Of a DNA stretch of 64,000 bases, positions 10,213 to 18,359 are shown piece by piece. Numbering within the stretch: the first letter of the stretch is position 1; each line of letters starts with the position of its first letter. The notes under the pieces are model-generated. The model saw only the letters and a program-made list of their open reading frames with translations, was not told where the DNA came from and searched no databases. Both the position numbers and the translations under genes were made by a program. Source of the stretch: Chloroflexota bacterium (GTDB lineage Bacteria > Chloroflexota > Limnocylindria > Limnocylindrales > CSP1-4); NCBI GenBank assembly GCA_040389445.1, contig JAZJZX010000014.1, forward strand, positions 37,287-101,286. Reading direction: 5' to 3'.

Positions 10213-11241
10213 GTGAACCGCCGCATCTCCGTTGCTTTCGGACTCGTCGTCGCGCTGCTCGTCACCGCCTGCGGCGGCGGTGGATCCGTGTCCCCCTCCG
10301 GATCCGTGGCGCCGTCCTCGACCGCCCAGGTTCGGCAGGCCCTGACCGTCGGACTCGGGTACATCCCGAGCGTCCAGTTCGCGCCGTTCTACCTCGCCGA
10401 CCAGGCGGGCTACTACCGCGACGCCGGCCTGGATGTCACCTTCCAGAACAAGATCGACCCGGACCTCGTGACGCTGGTGGGGCAGGGCAGCATCGACGTC
10501 GGCCTGGCCGACGGAACGAGCCTGATCCCCGCGGTCAGCCAGGGCATCCCGGTCCGCTACATCGCCACGATCTATCGCGATTTTCCGTCGATCGTGTTCT
10601 CCAGGACGGCATCAGGAATTGCGACCGCGGCCGATCTCAAAGGAAAGAAGATCGGGATCCCGGGTCGGTACGGATCGTCCTGGATCATGCTCCAGGCCCT
10701 GCTCGGATCAGCGAACCTGACACCCGACGATGTCGAGATCGTGGAGTATCCGGACTTCGGTCAGGGTGCCGCCGTCCAGCAGGGCGCCGTGGACGCTGCC
10801 ACTGGTTTTGCCAACAACGAGCCCGTCCAGTTGCAGCTCGCCGGCATTCCGACCACCGTCCTGCATGTCGATCAGATCGTTCCGCTCCCGGGCCCCGGGC
10901 TCATCAGCGGCACCGCGACGCTGTCCTCGAAGCAACCGGCGATTGCAGCGTTCGTGAAGGCGACACTGCGGGCGATGCAGGACATCGCCACCAATCCGGA
11001 GAAGGGCCTCGATGCGGCCATTACGGCGGTGCCGGACCTGGCCTCGGATCGAGCGACCCAGAAGGCGATCCTCGAGGCGACCGTCGCCGCGTGGCAGGGT
11101 GCCGGATCGGGCGCGCCGGCGCTGGGCGCCATTGACAGCGCCAGCTGGTCTGCGTCGCTCGAGTTCATGACCACGCTCGGACTGGTTCCGAACCCGGTCA
11201 AGGTCGAGGATCTGATCCGGAGCGACCTGCTGCCGCGTTGA
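10213..11241 (+). CDS. NMT1/THI5-like substrate-binding lipoprotein (RibY-like)
   Basis: AAGGAG RBS; lipobox LVTAC; GLGYIPSVQFAPFYLA...GYY, DLKGKKIGIPG, NNEP. Confidence 0.85.
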   Translation: MNRRISVAFGLVVALLVTACGGGGSVSPSGSVAPSSTAQVRQALTVGLGYIPSVQFAPFYLADQAGYYRDAGLDVTFQNKIDPDLVTLVGQGSIDVGLADGTSLIPAVSQGIPVRYIATIYRDFPSIVFSRTASGIATAADLKGKKIGIPGRYGSSWIMLQALLGSANLTPDDVEIVEYPDFGQGAAVQQGAVDAATGFANNEPVQLQLAGIPTTVLHVDQIVPLPGPGLISGTATLSSKQPAIAAFVKATLRAMQDIATNPEKGLDAAITAVPDLASDRATQKAILEATVAAWQGAGSGAPALGAIDSASWSASLEFMTTLGLVPNPVKVEDLIRSDLLPR

Positions 11242-11295
11242 CGGTGAGGATGGCCTCTGTGGCGAGGTCGGTGGTTCGCGGTGACCGCGGCGACC

Positions 11296-11391
11296 TCAGC
11301 GCGTCGCGGTTACCGCGGCGACTGCTGCGATCGCGGTTACCGCGCCGGCTTCAGCGCGTCGCGGTTACCGCGGCGACTGCTGCGATCGCGG
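11296..11391. repeat. 41-bp direct repeat duplicating the 3' end of the glutaredoxin gene
   Basis: tcagcgcgtcgcggttaccgcggcgactgctgcgatcgcgg at 11296-11336 and 11351-11391. Confidence 0.85.
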
Positions 11392-11641
11392 CGTCGAGGT
11401 CGTCGTCCGACGGCTCCGTGACCACGCGGGCGGGGTTCCCGAGATCCCCGATGAGGATGGTCGGGGTGACCCGGTTGCCGTTGTTGTACGAACGGTTGAG
11501 CGCGTCGGCGTCCGCATCGAACTCGACATTGCGATAGGTGTACTCGATCCCGCGGGCGTCAAGGTGGGCACGCGACCGAATCGTGTCTTCGCAGGTATCG
11601 CGACCGAGGATGAGGATCGGCGGATAGCGGAGGGCATGCAT
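11351..11641 (-). CDS. Glutaredoxin/mycoredoxin-like protein (monothiol CxxT)
   Basis: CEDT active-site position; LDARGIEYTYRNVE; NGNRVTPTI cis-Pro loop. Confidence 0.8.
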   Translation of the reverse strand: MHALRYPPILILGRDTCEDTIRSRAHLDARGIEYTYRNVEFDADADALNRSYNNGNRVTPTILIGDLGNPARVVTEPSDDDLDAAIAAVAAVTATR

Positions 11642-11657
11642 GGCGACGTAGTGTGCC

Positions 11658-11939
11658 TCAGGCGTCGAAGCGCGGTGACTCACCGCGGGCAGCCGCGCTG
11701 GCGGCTGCGAGGACGATGTCCCGGAGCGCTTGCTCGGCGGCCACGAGGCCGCACCCGGCGCAGGCAATGATCGGGTGGCCGACGGGCTCGAGGCCGTCAT
11801 CGGGTGGGTGCAGACCCTGGAGATGCAGCCCTGAAGGGTCGATCACGACCCGATCGTGCGCCCGAACCGGACTGTCGATCTGCCACGCCGCGCCGGGGCT
11901 CTGACACGCGGGACAGAGCGGAACGGCGCTCGCGCTCAC
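11658..11939 (-). CDS. Small hypothetical zinc-ribbon protein (93 aa)
   Basis: CPAC and CAGC pairs; GTGA overlap with the stop of helicase copy 2. Confidence 0.6.
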   Translation of the reverse strand: MSASAVPLCPACQSPGAAWQIDSPVRAHDRVVIDPSGLHLQGLHPPDDGLEPVGHPIIACAGCGLVAAEQALRDIVLAAASAAARGESPRFDA

Positions 11940-13678
11940 CGGCGGCGACCGCGGGACGGTGCCGACGGTCGAGACTCTGCATTCGGGCGATTGCCCCAGG
12001 GCCGGGGGTTCGAGGGCTGCCCCTCCGTCGACCGGGCGATGCGCTCGCCCGGCAGGACCACATGCTGCCCAATCGGCGGGCGGTTGTGTGCCGCGGCGGG
12101 CCGGCCCGGCGCCGCCGTCGGTCGGCCCGGCGCCGCCATTGGTCGGCCCGGCGCCGCCATTGGTCGTCCCGGCCCCGAGGCCGGGTTGCCGTGGCCGAGG
12201 TGGGACCGGGCAGGGCTCGTCTGTGGGCGAGTGCCGAACCCGGGTCGCGCCGGCCCGGATGCGTGTCGACTCTGGGCGGATGGCCAACTGCCGCCGCTCG
12301 GATGCGTGCGCCGCGGGGGCATCGATGGGCGGGGACCCGGTCCGCCGATGGTGCGCAGGCGAATTGGCTCGGGTCGGATGGCTCGATCCGGCTCGTAGCC
12401 CGGGATCACCTCAACATCGATGGCTCGACCGAGCAGCGTCTCGATGTCCCGAAGCAGCCGCGATTCGTCCACGCAGACCAGGGAGATTGCATCTCCCATC
12501 GTGCCGGCGCGGCCCGTCCGGCCGATTCGATGGACGTAGTCCTCGGGAACCATGGGCAGTTCGTAGTTGACGACGTGTGGGAGCTCCTCGATGTCGATGC
12601 CGCGTGCCGCGACTTCGGTCGCGACGAGGATCGCGACCCTGCCGGCCTTGAAGTCGGACAGGGCGCGGACCCGCTGGTTCTGGCTCCGGTTGCCGTGGAT
12701 GGCGGCGGCCGTGATGCCGTCCTTCTGGAGCTGCTCGGCCAGGCGATTGGCGCCGTGCTTGGTGCGCGTGAAGACGAGGGCCTGGTCGATGCGCCCGGAC
12801 GCCACGAGCTCCCGGAGGAGGTCGCGCTTGCGCTCCCGGTCCACGCGGATGACCAGCTGGCGGACCAGTTGGGTGGCGGTGTTCCGCGGCGTCACCTGGA
12901 CGGCGGCGGGGTTGTGGAGGAAGGCGTCGGCGAGGCCCCGGATCTCATCCGAGAACGTGGCCGAGAAGAGCAGGTTCTGCCGCTGGGGCGGAAGGATCGC
13001 GAGAATCTTGCGGATATCCCGGATGAAGCCCATATCCAGCATGCGATCTGCCTCGTCGAGGACGAGGATCTCGACCGCACTCAGGTCGATGGTGCCCTGG
13101 CCGATGTGATCGAGGAGGCGACCCGGCGTAGCGACGACCATCTCGGCCCCGCCCCGAAGGGCGCGGAACTGGGCGTCATAGCCGACGCCGCCGTAGATCG
13201 GCACGGATCGGATGGGTCGCTGTGCGCCGTAGACGCGGACGCTCTCCTCGACCTGGAGCGCGAGTTCGCGGGTCGGGACCAGGACGAGGACGCGAACCGG
13301 TCGACGCGGGGCACGGCGACCCGGTGCCATGCCCGGTGCCATCGCCGGTGCATTGCCCGGTGCATTGCCCGGTGTAAGGCCCGGTCTCAGGCCCGGTGTC
13401 AGGCCCGGTGCCGTGCCCGGCCCGCGATGAACCCGACCGCCGGGACCGCCAACAGGGGTCTGCTCGGCGACTTGCTGCGGCGTGGCATTGAGCCGCTGCA
13501 GGATCGGCAATACGAATGCGGCCGTCTTGCCGGTCCCCGTCTGGGCGCCGGCGAGGACGTCGCGGCCCTCGAGGACGAGGGGGATGGCCTCGGCCTGGAC
13601 GGGGGTGGGCTCGGTGTAGCCCTGATCCGCGACAGCGCGGAGGAGCTCGGGCGACAGCCCGAGTTGATCGAAGGACAC
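11936..13678 (-). CDS. DEAD-box RNA helicase (RhlE-like), copy 2, with low-complexity insert and tail
   Basis: All DEAD-box motifs present; AGGAG RBS; Pro/Gly repeat insert before PTRELA. Confidence 0.95.
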   Translation of the reverse strand: MSFDQLGLSPELLRAVADQGYTEPTPVQAEAIPLVLEGRDVLAGAQTGTGKTAAFVLPILQRLNATPQQVAEQTPVGGPGGRVHRGPGTAPGLTPGLRPGLTPGNAPGNAPAMAPGMAPGRRAPRRPVRVLVLVPTRELALQVEESVRVYGAQRPIRSVPIYGGVGYDAQFRALRGGAEMVVATPGRLLDHIGQGTIDLSAVEILVLDEADRMLDMGFIRDIRKILAILPPQRQNLLFSATFSDEIRGLADAFLHNPAAVQVTPRNTATQLVRQLVIRVDRERKRDLLRELVASGRIDQALVFTRTKHGANRLAEQLQKDGITAAAIHGNRSQNQRVRALSDFKAGRVAILVATEVAARGIDIEELPHVVNYELPMVPEDYVHRIGRTGRAGTMGDAISLVCVDESRLLRDIETLLGRAIDVEVIPGYEPDRAIRPEPIRLRTIGGPGPRPSMPPRRTHPSGGSWPSAQSRHASGPARPGFGTRPQTSPARSHLGHGNPASGPGRPMAAPGRPMAAPGRPTAAPGRPAAAHNRPPIGQHVVLPGERIARSTEGQPSNPRPWGNRPNAESRPSAPSRGRRR

Positions 13679-13960
13679 GATGTTGGTGCTCCTGACGGGG
13701 CCCTCCCGCTCTCTGGCGGGGCCCGGTCAGGGCAAGAAGTGGATCGAAATCAGCGGCAGGTAACCGGGGCGCTGACCGGAGCGCCCATCGAACTCGAGGC
13801 CCCAAGGATAGCCGGGATTGCCCGTTTGCGGAAGGGCCGCGCCGCCGCCGCCCCTCGAGTGCTGTTTGCCGCCACGTTTCGGCTGCTCCGACCGGCCCAC
13901 AACCCGCTCGACCGCGGGCGCCCCCATGTCGGAACTGCGGCCCCGTCTGGGCTTCTCCAG

Positions 13961-14104
13961 CCGGCCGCCCCGTGAGTCGTTTGGGAGCGCATTTTCAGCG
14001 TGACCACGCCGGCCGCCCCGTGAGTCGTTTGGGAGCGCATTTTCAGCGTGACCACGCCGGCCGTCCCGTGAGTCGTTTGGGAGCGCATTTTCAGCGTGAC
14101 CACG
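13961..14104. repeat. 48-bp tandem repeat, 3 copies, intergenic
   Basis: ccggccgccccgtgagtcgtttgggagcgcattttcagcgtgaccacg at 13961, 14009 and 14057 (one C>T change in copy 3). Confidence 0.95.
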
Positions 14105-14264
14105 CTCGTCACGTAGCCAGAATTGACAGAACTCGATGCGTGGCAAGCACGCTCGGCTCGAAAATGCATCTTTTGACGCATCAGGGCCTCCGGGCGACGG
14201 GCTGTGGGCCTCGGGCGATCAGGCCACTCGGGCGACGGGCCTCGGGCCACTCGCGCCATGAAGG

Positions 14265-15122
14265 TCAGTTCGGGCGGCCGCCGCCCATGTCGGCACCCTG
14301 GTCGCGGAGGAAGCGCTCGATGTCCGCGATCAGATCGTCGCCGGCCGGCAACCGCGATTCATCCGCCATGCCCTCGAGGCGCTCGACGTAGTGGCGCGTG
14401 CTTTCGTCCAGGACCGTGGCCGTGTCCAACCGCTTGCGCAGCGCCACGGCCTCCGCGGGGAGCAGCCCGAGCGGCGGATCGATGTCCAGGTGTCGACCGA
14501 GCATCGTGAGGAGCTCCACCGAGGCGCCCGGGTAGGCGCCGGACACGTAGTGGGGGATCTGGGCGAAATACCCGACGGACGGGATGCCTGCAGCCGAAAT
14601 GGCGACATCCACGATGGAAATGCAGGCGGCCGGCACGCGGAGCAGGCCCTGCGGGCCCGGCAGGACGCCGCCGCGGAGGAGGCCCGCCTGCGACTCCGTC
14701 CCGAGAATCGGTACCGGGCGGGTGTGCGGCACGGCCGCCGGGATCGCCCCGAGACTGATCCACTGGCTGACCGCGAGCTGCCGCGCGATCTCGACGAGAT
14801 CGGTCGCAAATCGCCGCCACTGGAAGTCGGGTTCGGCGCCGGTGAGGATCAGCACGTCCCGTTCGCCGAGACGCCGGCTGCGCATCGTGAGCGTCGGCCA
14901 GGTCAGCCGTGCCGGCCGGCCGTCCTGGATCTCGAGTGTGGGCCGCCGTGAACGGTAGTCAAAGAGCGAATCGCCGTCGAAGTCCACCACGACGTCGCCA
15001 TCGCCGGCCAGTTCCTTCGTCGCGTTGGTCGCGGCGGAGCCGGCATCCACCCAGCCATCGAACGCCACGACGACGACCGGTTGCGTGAGTCCACCCGGGT
15101 CCGTGATTCGATACGAGGCCAT
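14265..15122 (-). CDS. PAC2 (proteasome assembly chaperone) family protein
   Basis: AFDGWVDAGSAA, FDYRSRRP, GAEPDFQW, LGAIPAAVPHTRP, PHYV, ERFLR. Confidence 0.9.
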   Translation of the reverse strand: MASYRITDPGGLTQPVVVVAFDGWVDAGSAATNATKELAGDGDVVVDFDGDSLFDYRSRRPTLEIQDGRPARLTWPTLTMRSRRLGERDVLILTGAEPDFQWRRFATDLVEIARQLAVSQWISLGAIPAAVPHTRPVPILGTESQAGLLRGGVLPGPQGLLRVPAACISIVDVAISAAGIPSVGYFAQIPHYVSGAYPGASVELLTMLGRHLDIDPPLGLLPAEAVALRKRLDTATVLDESTRHYVERLEGMADESRLPAGDDLIADIERFLRDQGADMGGGRPN

Positions 15123-15123
15123 G

Positions 15124-15519
15124 TCAGGCCTCGTCCAGAGCGGGATCCGGGGCGGGCCAGCGGGGCGATGCGTCCTCGACCACCGGCAGATCGTCCCAGT
15201 CGGAGCGGACCGGTGTGAACACATCGATCACGACGGCTCCGTTCGGGCCCGTACTGACCTGGTGCAGTCGATCCGCCAGGATCCGCCAGGTACCGCCCGG
15301 CCCGAGCCTCCGCGTCTCTCCGTCGATCGTGAACTCGATTTCGCCGGCGAGGACCATGCCCATCTGTTCGGCGGCGTGATGGTGCTCCGGCACGATCGAG
15401 CCGGGATCCAGCTCCACCACGGCCAAGGTGATGTGCTCGCCCTGGACTCGACGAGCCCGCACGGCATCGCCCCAGACCTGGAGGAGGGGAGCGTCCATCA
15501 TGTCGATGAGATTGCTCAT
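15124..15519 (-). CDS. Cupin domain protein
   Basis: PEHHHAAEQ metal motif, second His in RLHQV, DVFTPVRSDW; -10 TATGCT 6 nt upstream. Confidence 0.88.
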   Translation of the reverse strand: MSNLIDMMDAPLLQVWGDAVRARRVQGEHITLAVVELDPGSIVPEHHHAAEQMGMVLAGEIEFTIDGETRRLGPGGTWRILADRLHQVSTGPNGAVVIDVFTPVRSDWDDLPVVEDASPRWPAPDPALDEA

Positions 15520-15577
15520 CGCCGGAGCATAGCGCGAGTGTCGGGTGCGCTCGATGGCATGGCCTTGATCGATGGTC

Positions 15578-15700
15578 ATCGAGGCAATCCGCACGCTCGA
15601 CGACCTCGCGATCGAGTCGATCCGCACGCTTGACGACCTCGCGATCGAGTCGATCTACACGCTTGACGACCTGGCGATCGAGTCGATCCACCTCGATCGC
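15578..15700. repeat. 33-bp tandem repeat (about 3.5 copies)
   Basis: atcgagtcgatccgcacgcttgacgacctcgcg-like units at 15578, 15611, 15644 and a partial at 15677. Confidence 0.9.
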
Positions 15701-15746
15701 TGGCAGATCCTCCTGTCGCTCGCTCGCCTGCGCGCCGAGGCTGATC

Positions 15747-16172
15747 CTAGTCGCACGTCGGGAACACCTTCGGTCCATCGTGCCGAAGGAGCTGCAACTG
15801 CCTGCCGGTCGAGGCCTGGGTGAAGATCGCCGTCGTCGCATCGGTGAGCCGGAACGTGCCGGATGAGCCATCGAAGTCGACGGAGTTCGGTGCCACGCCC
15901 ACTGCGTCCCAGAAACTGCCGTCCACGTCGATCGGGCTGCGAATTCCGCAGTGCGGCATGTCGTAGGCATAGTCGACACCGAGGACGGCTCCCCGCGGCG
16001 AGATGGGTGCCAGGGTGACGGTGCCGATGCCGCGCTCGATGACCGGCTGATTGGCGATGGCCTCCGGTCCCGGCGTGGGCACCCGGTTGGCCCAGGCAAC
16101 CGTCGGAGGAGACGTGCTGAACGCGCAGCCGCCAACGATCAGGGCGACGATCGCGCCGGTGACCACCTTCAT
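15747..16172 (-). CDS. Hypothetical lipoprotein
   Basis: GAGGG RBS; signal peptide with lipobox IVGGC; PHCGI motif and a C-terminal Cys. Confidence 0.75.
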   Translation of the reverse strand: MKVVTGAIVALIVGGCAFSTSPPTVAWANRVPTPGPEAIANQPVIERGIGTVTLAPISPRGAVLGVDYAYDMPHCGIRSPIDVDGSFWDAVGVAPNSVDFDGSSGTFRLTDATTAIFTQASTGRQLQLLRHDGPKVFPTCD

Positions 16173-16401
16173 CAGCGTCCCTCGTTCGGTTCAGGCCGAT
16201 CGCAACAGATGTGCGCGCTGGACTGAGGGTATCGCGCTGGATTACCTGCGCGCCGAACGATCGGCTACCGGCCCGGCGCGTGGATGACGCCCGCCTGCCA
16301 GCGGCGCCCGTCTGACGCAACGGGTTCCCGGGGCGACCACGGGGTCAAATGGTGTCCTGATGCCCGGATGGATGGATTGCTAGCCGCGGTTGGTGCGTGA
16401 A

Positions 16402-16524
16402 TCAGTGAGCGAAGGGCGTCCCGTTGCCGTCGGCGAAGACGGCGGCAGCCGACAGGAGTGCGAGTGCGGTGCCAAGGATCCAGGAAACGACGATCGGACG
16501 CGAGGTTCGAATGCGACGAAACAT
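16402..16524 (-). CDS. Putative secreted signalling pro-peptide (40 aa), absent from the ORF track
   Basis: Translated by hand: MFRRIRTSRPIVVSWILGTALALLSAAAVFADGNGTPFAH*. AAAGGGA RBS; basic n-region, hydrophobic h-region, V-F-A cleavage site; dedicated promoter. Confidence 0.8.
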   Translation of the reverse strand: MFRRIRTSRPIVVSWILGTALALLSAAAVFADGNGTPFAH

Positions 16525-16599
16525 GTGACGGTCCCTTTCAGGCTGGGGGTTCCGCCCGGGCTCAAGGACACTGATCGCACTGGTGATGCGACCAGCGAG

Positions 16600-16628
16600 A
16601 TGCTACGGTTCGCGCATGGGAAAGTCAA
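16600..16628 (-). promoter_or_regulatory. sigma70-type promoter for the peptide gene
   Basis: Minus strand TTGACT (16628-16623)-N17-TAGCAT (16605-16600). Confidence 0.75.
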
Positions 16629-16966
16629 GTATTGCTAAACAGTTGCGAGCCGGGGCCGGGTCGGCCGCCGCCCTGGAAGTCGGACGAAGGGTGCGCGAGC
16701 GTCGTCTCGCGGTCGGGATGACACAGACGGAACTCGCGACGCCCCTGTCGAGGGCCTTCGTTTCCGCCGTCGAGAAGGGGCGCACCCTCCCGTCGCTCGG
16801 TGCGCTGTGGCTGTTCGCGGCCCGACTCGGCACCGGCGTCGGCAGCCTGGTCGATGGTGTCAACGGTGTTGGTACCGAGGAGTACACTGCCGTGCATGAC
16901 AGACAACACCGTCACCTCGAACCTCGTGGCGACTCGCACACCGCAACGGCGTCGGATCGTCGTTGA
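16616..16966 (+). CDS. Small XRE-family HTH protein
   Basis: VGRRVRERRLAVGMTQTELA..SRAFVSAVEKGRTLPSL; -10 TACGGT 6 nt before ATG. Confidence 0.75.
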   Translation: MGKSSIAKQLRAGAGSAAALEVGRRVRERRLAVGMTQTELATPLSRAFVSAVEKGRTLPSLGALWLFAARLGTGVGSLVDGVNGVGTEEYTAVHDRQHRHLEPRGDSHTATASDRR

Positions 16967-18227
16967 CGACTCGGCCCTGGCCAACCGGATCGGCCATCGT
17001 CTGCGGCGGGCTCGCCTGGCGGCCAATCTCACCCAGCAGCAGCTGGCGGAGGGGAGGTACACCAAGGCCTACATCAGCGCCCTCGAGACCGGCCACAGCA
17101 AGCCTTCCATGGCGGCGCTCAACTTTCTTGCCGACCGCCTCGGGATGGCGGCCAGCCGGTTTCTCGATGACGAGCCGGCGTCATGGCGCCGCCTCGAGGT
17201 GGATCTGGAGCTGGCGTCGGGTCGCTGGGAACGCGCCGCCGACGGGTATCGCGATCTGCTCGCGCAACCAACGCCGCGCGAAACGCGGGCCGAGTTGCTG
17301 CTCGGCCTGTCCGAGGCGCTTGCCGGCCTCGACCAGGGCGCCGACGCGGCCGCAGCCGGCGCCGAAGCCGCGGCGATCTTCGCGTCGGTTGGGCGCGATG
17401 CCGACGCGGCCATCGCGCGATATTGGCTCGCCGCCGCGGAGTACGCCCAGGGGAACAGCGTCGAAGCGGAGTCGCTCCTGCGGGAGATCCTCGCCGGCGT
17501 CCGAGGCGGCCTCCGGGTGGAGCCGGATTTCGAGCTCCGGGTGATCATGGCCCTGTCGAGCACGGCGTCGCGGGACGGCCGGCACGACGTCGCCCTTGCC
17601 TACCTCGAGGAGGTCCGAGGCCTGGCCGAATCCCTCGACGACCATCGGCGAGCAACCTTCCTGTTCGATCTGTCCTACAGCTACCGCGAGACCGGCGACT
17701 ACGAAGGCGCGATCCGGACCGGCATCGCGAGCCTGACGCTGTTCCGGGCGTCGGCATTCGAGCTTGGCACCGCATCACTGGAGAACGACCTCGCGCTCTC
17801 GTTCCTTGCCGTGGGCAACTTCTCCAAGGCCGACGAGTTCGCGGCCCATTCCCAGGCACGGTTCGAGAAGCTGGACGACCGCCGTCAGCTTGCCCATGTG
17901 CTCGAGACCCGCGCCCGCATCGCCCTCGCCAACGGCGACTACGCCGGCTCACGTGAGCTCGCGAGTGCCGCCCTCGCGACCGCCGAGGAAACCCACAACG
18001 ACAGGGCACGGGTGAGCTCGCTCCTCGCGCTGGCCAGGGTCCATCGGGCGCTCGGGGAACCGAACGCCGCGGCCCCGCTCTATGAGCAGGCGGTGGACCT
18101 TGCGCGCGGATCGTCGAGACCGGGCCTGATCCGGGACGCGATCGGTGAGTGGGCCGACGTCCTGACGGAAACCGGCGAGCACGCGCGCGCCGCCGTCCTT
18201 CTCCGTGAGGCGCTCCGCGCCGTCTGA
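16896..18227 (+). CDS. XRE-HTH plus TPR transcriptional regulator (RRNPP/NprR-like architecture, 443 aa)
   Basis: N-terminal IGHRLRRARLAANLTQQQLAEGRYTKAYISALETG..PS, followed by about 8-9 helical TPR-like repeats (e.g. LSYSYRETGDYEGAI, ENDLALSFLAVGNFSKA, LARVHRALGEPNAAAPLYEQA). Confidence 0.88.
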   Translation: MTDNTVTSNLVATRTPQRRRIVVDDSALANRIGHRLRRARLAANLTQQQLAEGRYTKAYISALETGHSKPSMAALNFLADRLGMAASRFLDDEPASWRRLEVDLELASGRWERAADGYRDLLAQPTPRETRAELLLGLSEALAGLDQGADAAAAGAEAAAIFASVGRDADAAIARYWLAAAEYAQGNSVEAESLLREILAGVRGGLRVEPDFELRVIMALSSTASRDGRHDVALAYLEEVRGLAESLDDHRRATFLFDLSYSYRETGDYEGAIRTGIASLTLFRASAFELGTASLENDLALSFLAVGNFSKADEFAAHSQARFEKLDDRRQLAHVLETRARIALANGDYAGSRELASAALATAEETHNDRARVSSLLALARVHRALGEPNAAAPLYEQAVDLARGSSRPGLIRDAIGEWADVLTETGEHARAAVLLREALRAV

Positions 18228-18359
18228 GTCCCCGCGCAGCGCGCGTTCCGACCAGGAGGCCGTGCGATTGCCCTTCGCGTGCAGTACAGTAATGCTTGAC
18301 CAGCAGCCAGGTGGAGCGTCTGGGAGGGCACGATCAGTACCGCGCCGACACCCAATTCG

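Noticed and set aside
13961-14104. CRISPR array
   Set aside because: The repeats are head-to-tail with no unique spacers, and there are no cas genes in the window.
13727-14391. ORFs translated through the 48-bp repeat
   Set aside because: Several frames are open only because the unit length is a multiple of 3; no RBS or recognisable domain.
16380-16638. Track ORFs 16380-16628 (-) and 16390-16638 (+)
   Set aside because: No protein-like features; the 40-aa ORF in another frame has the RBS, promoter and signal peptide.
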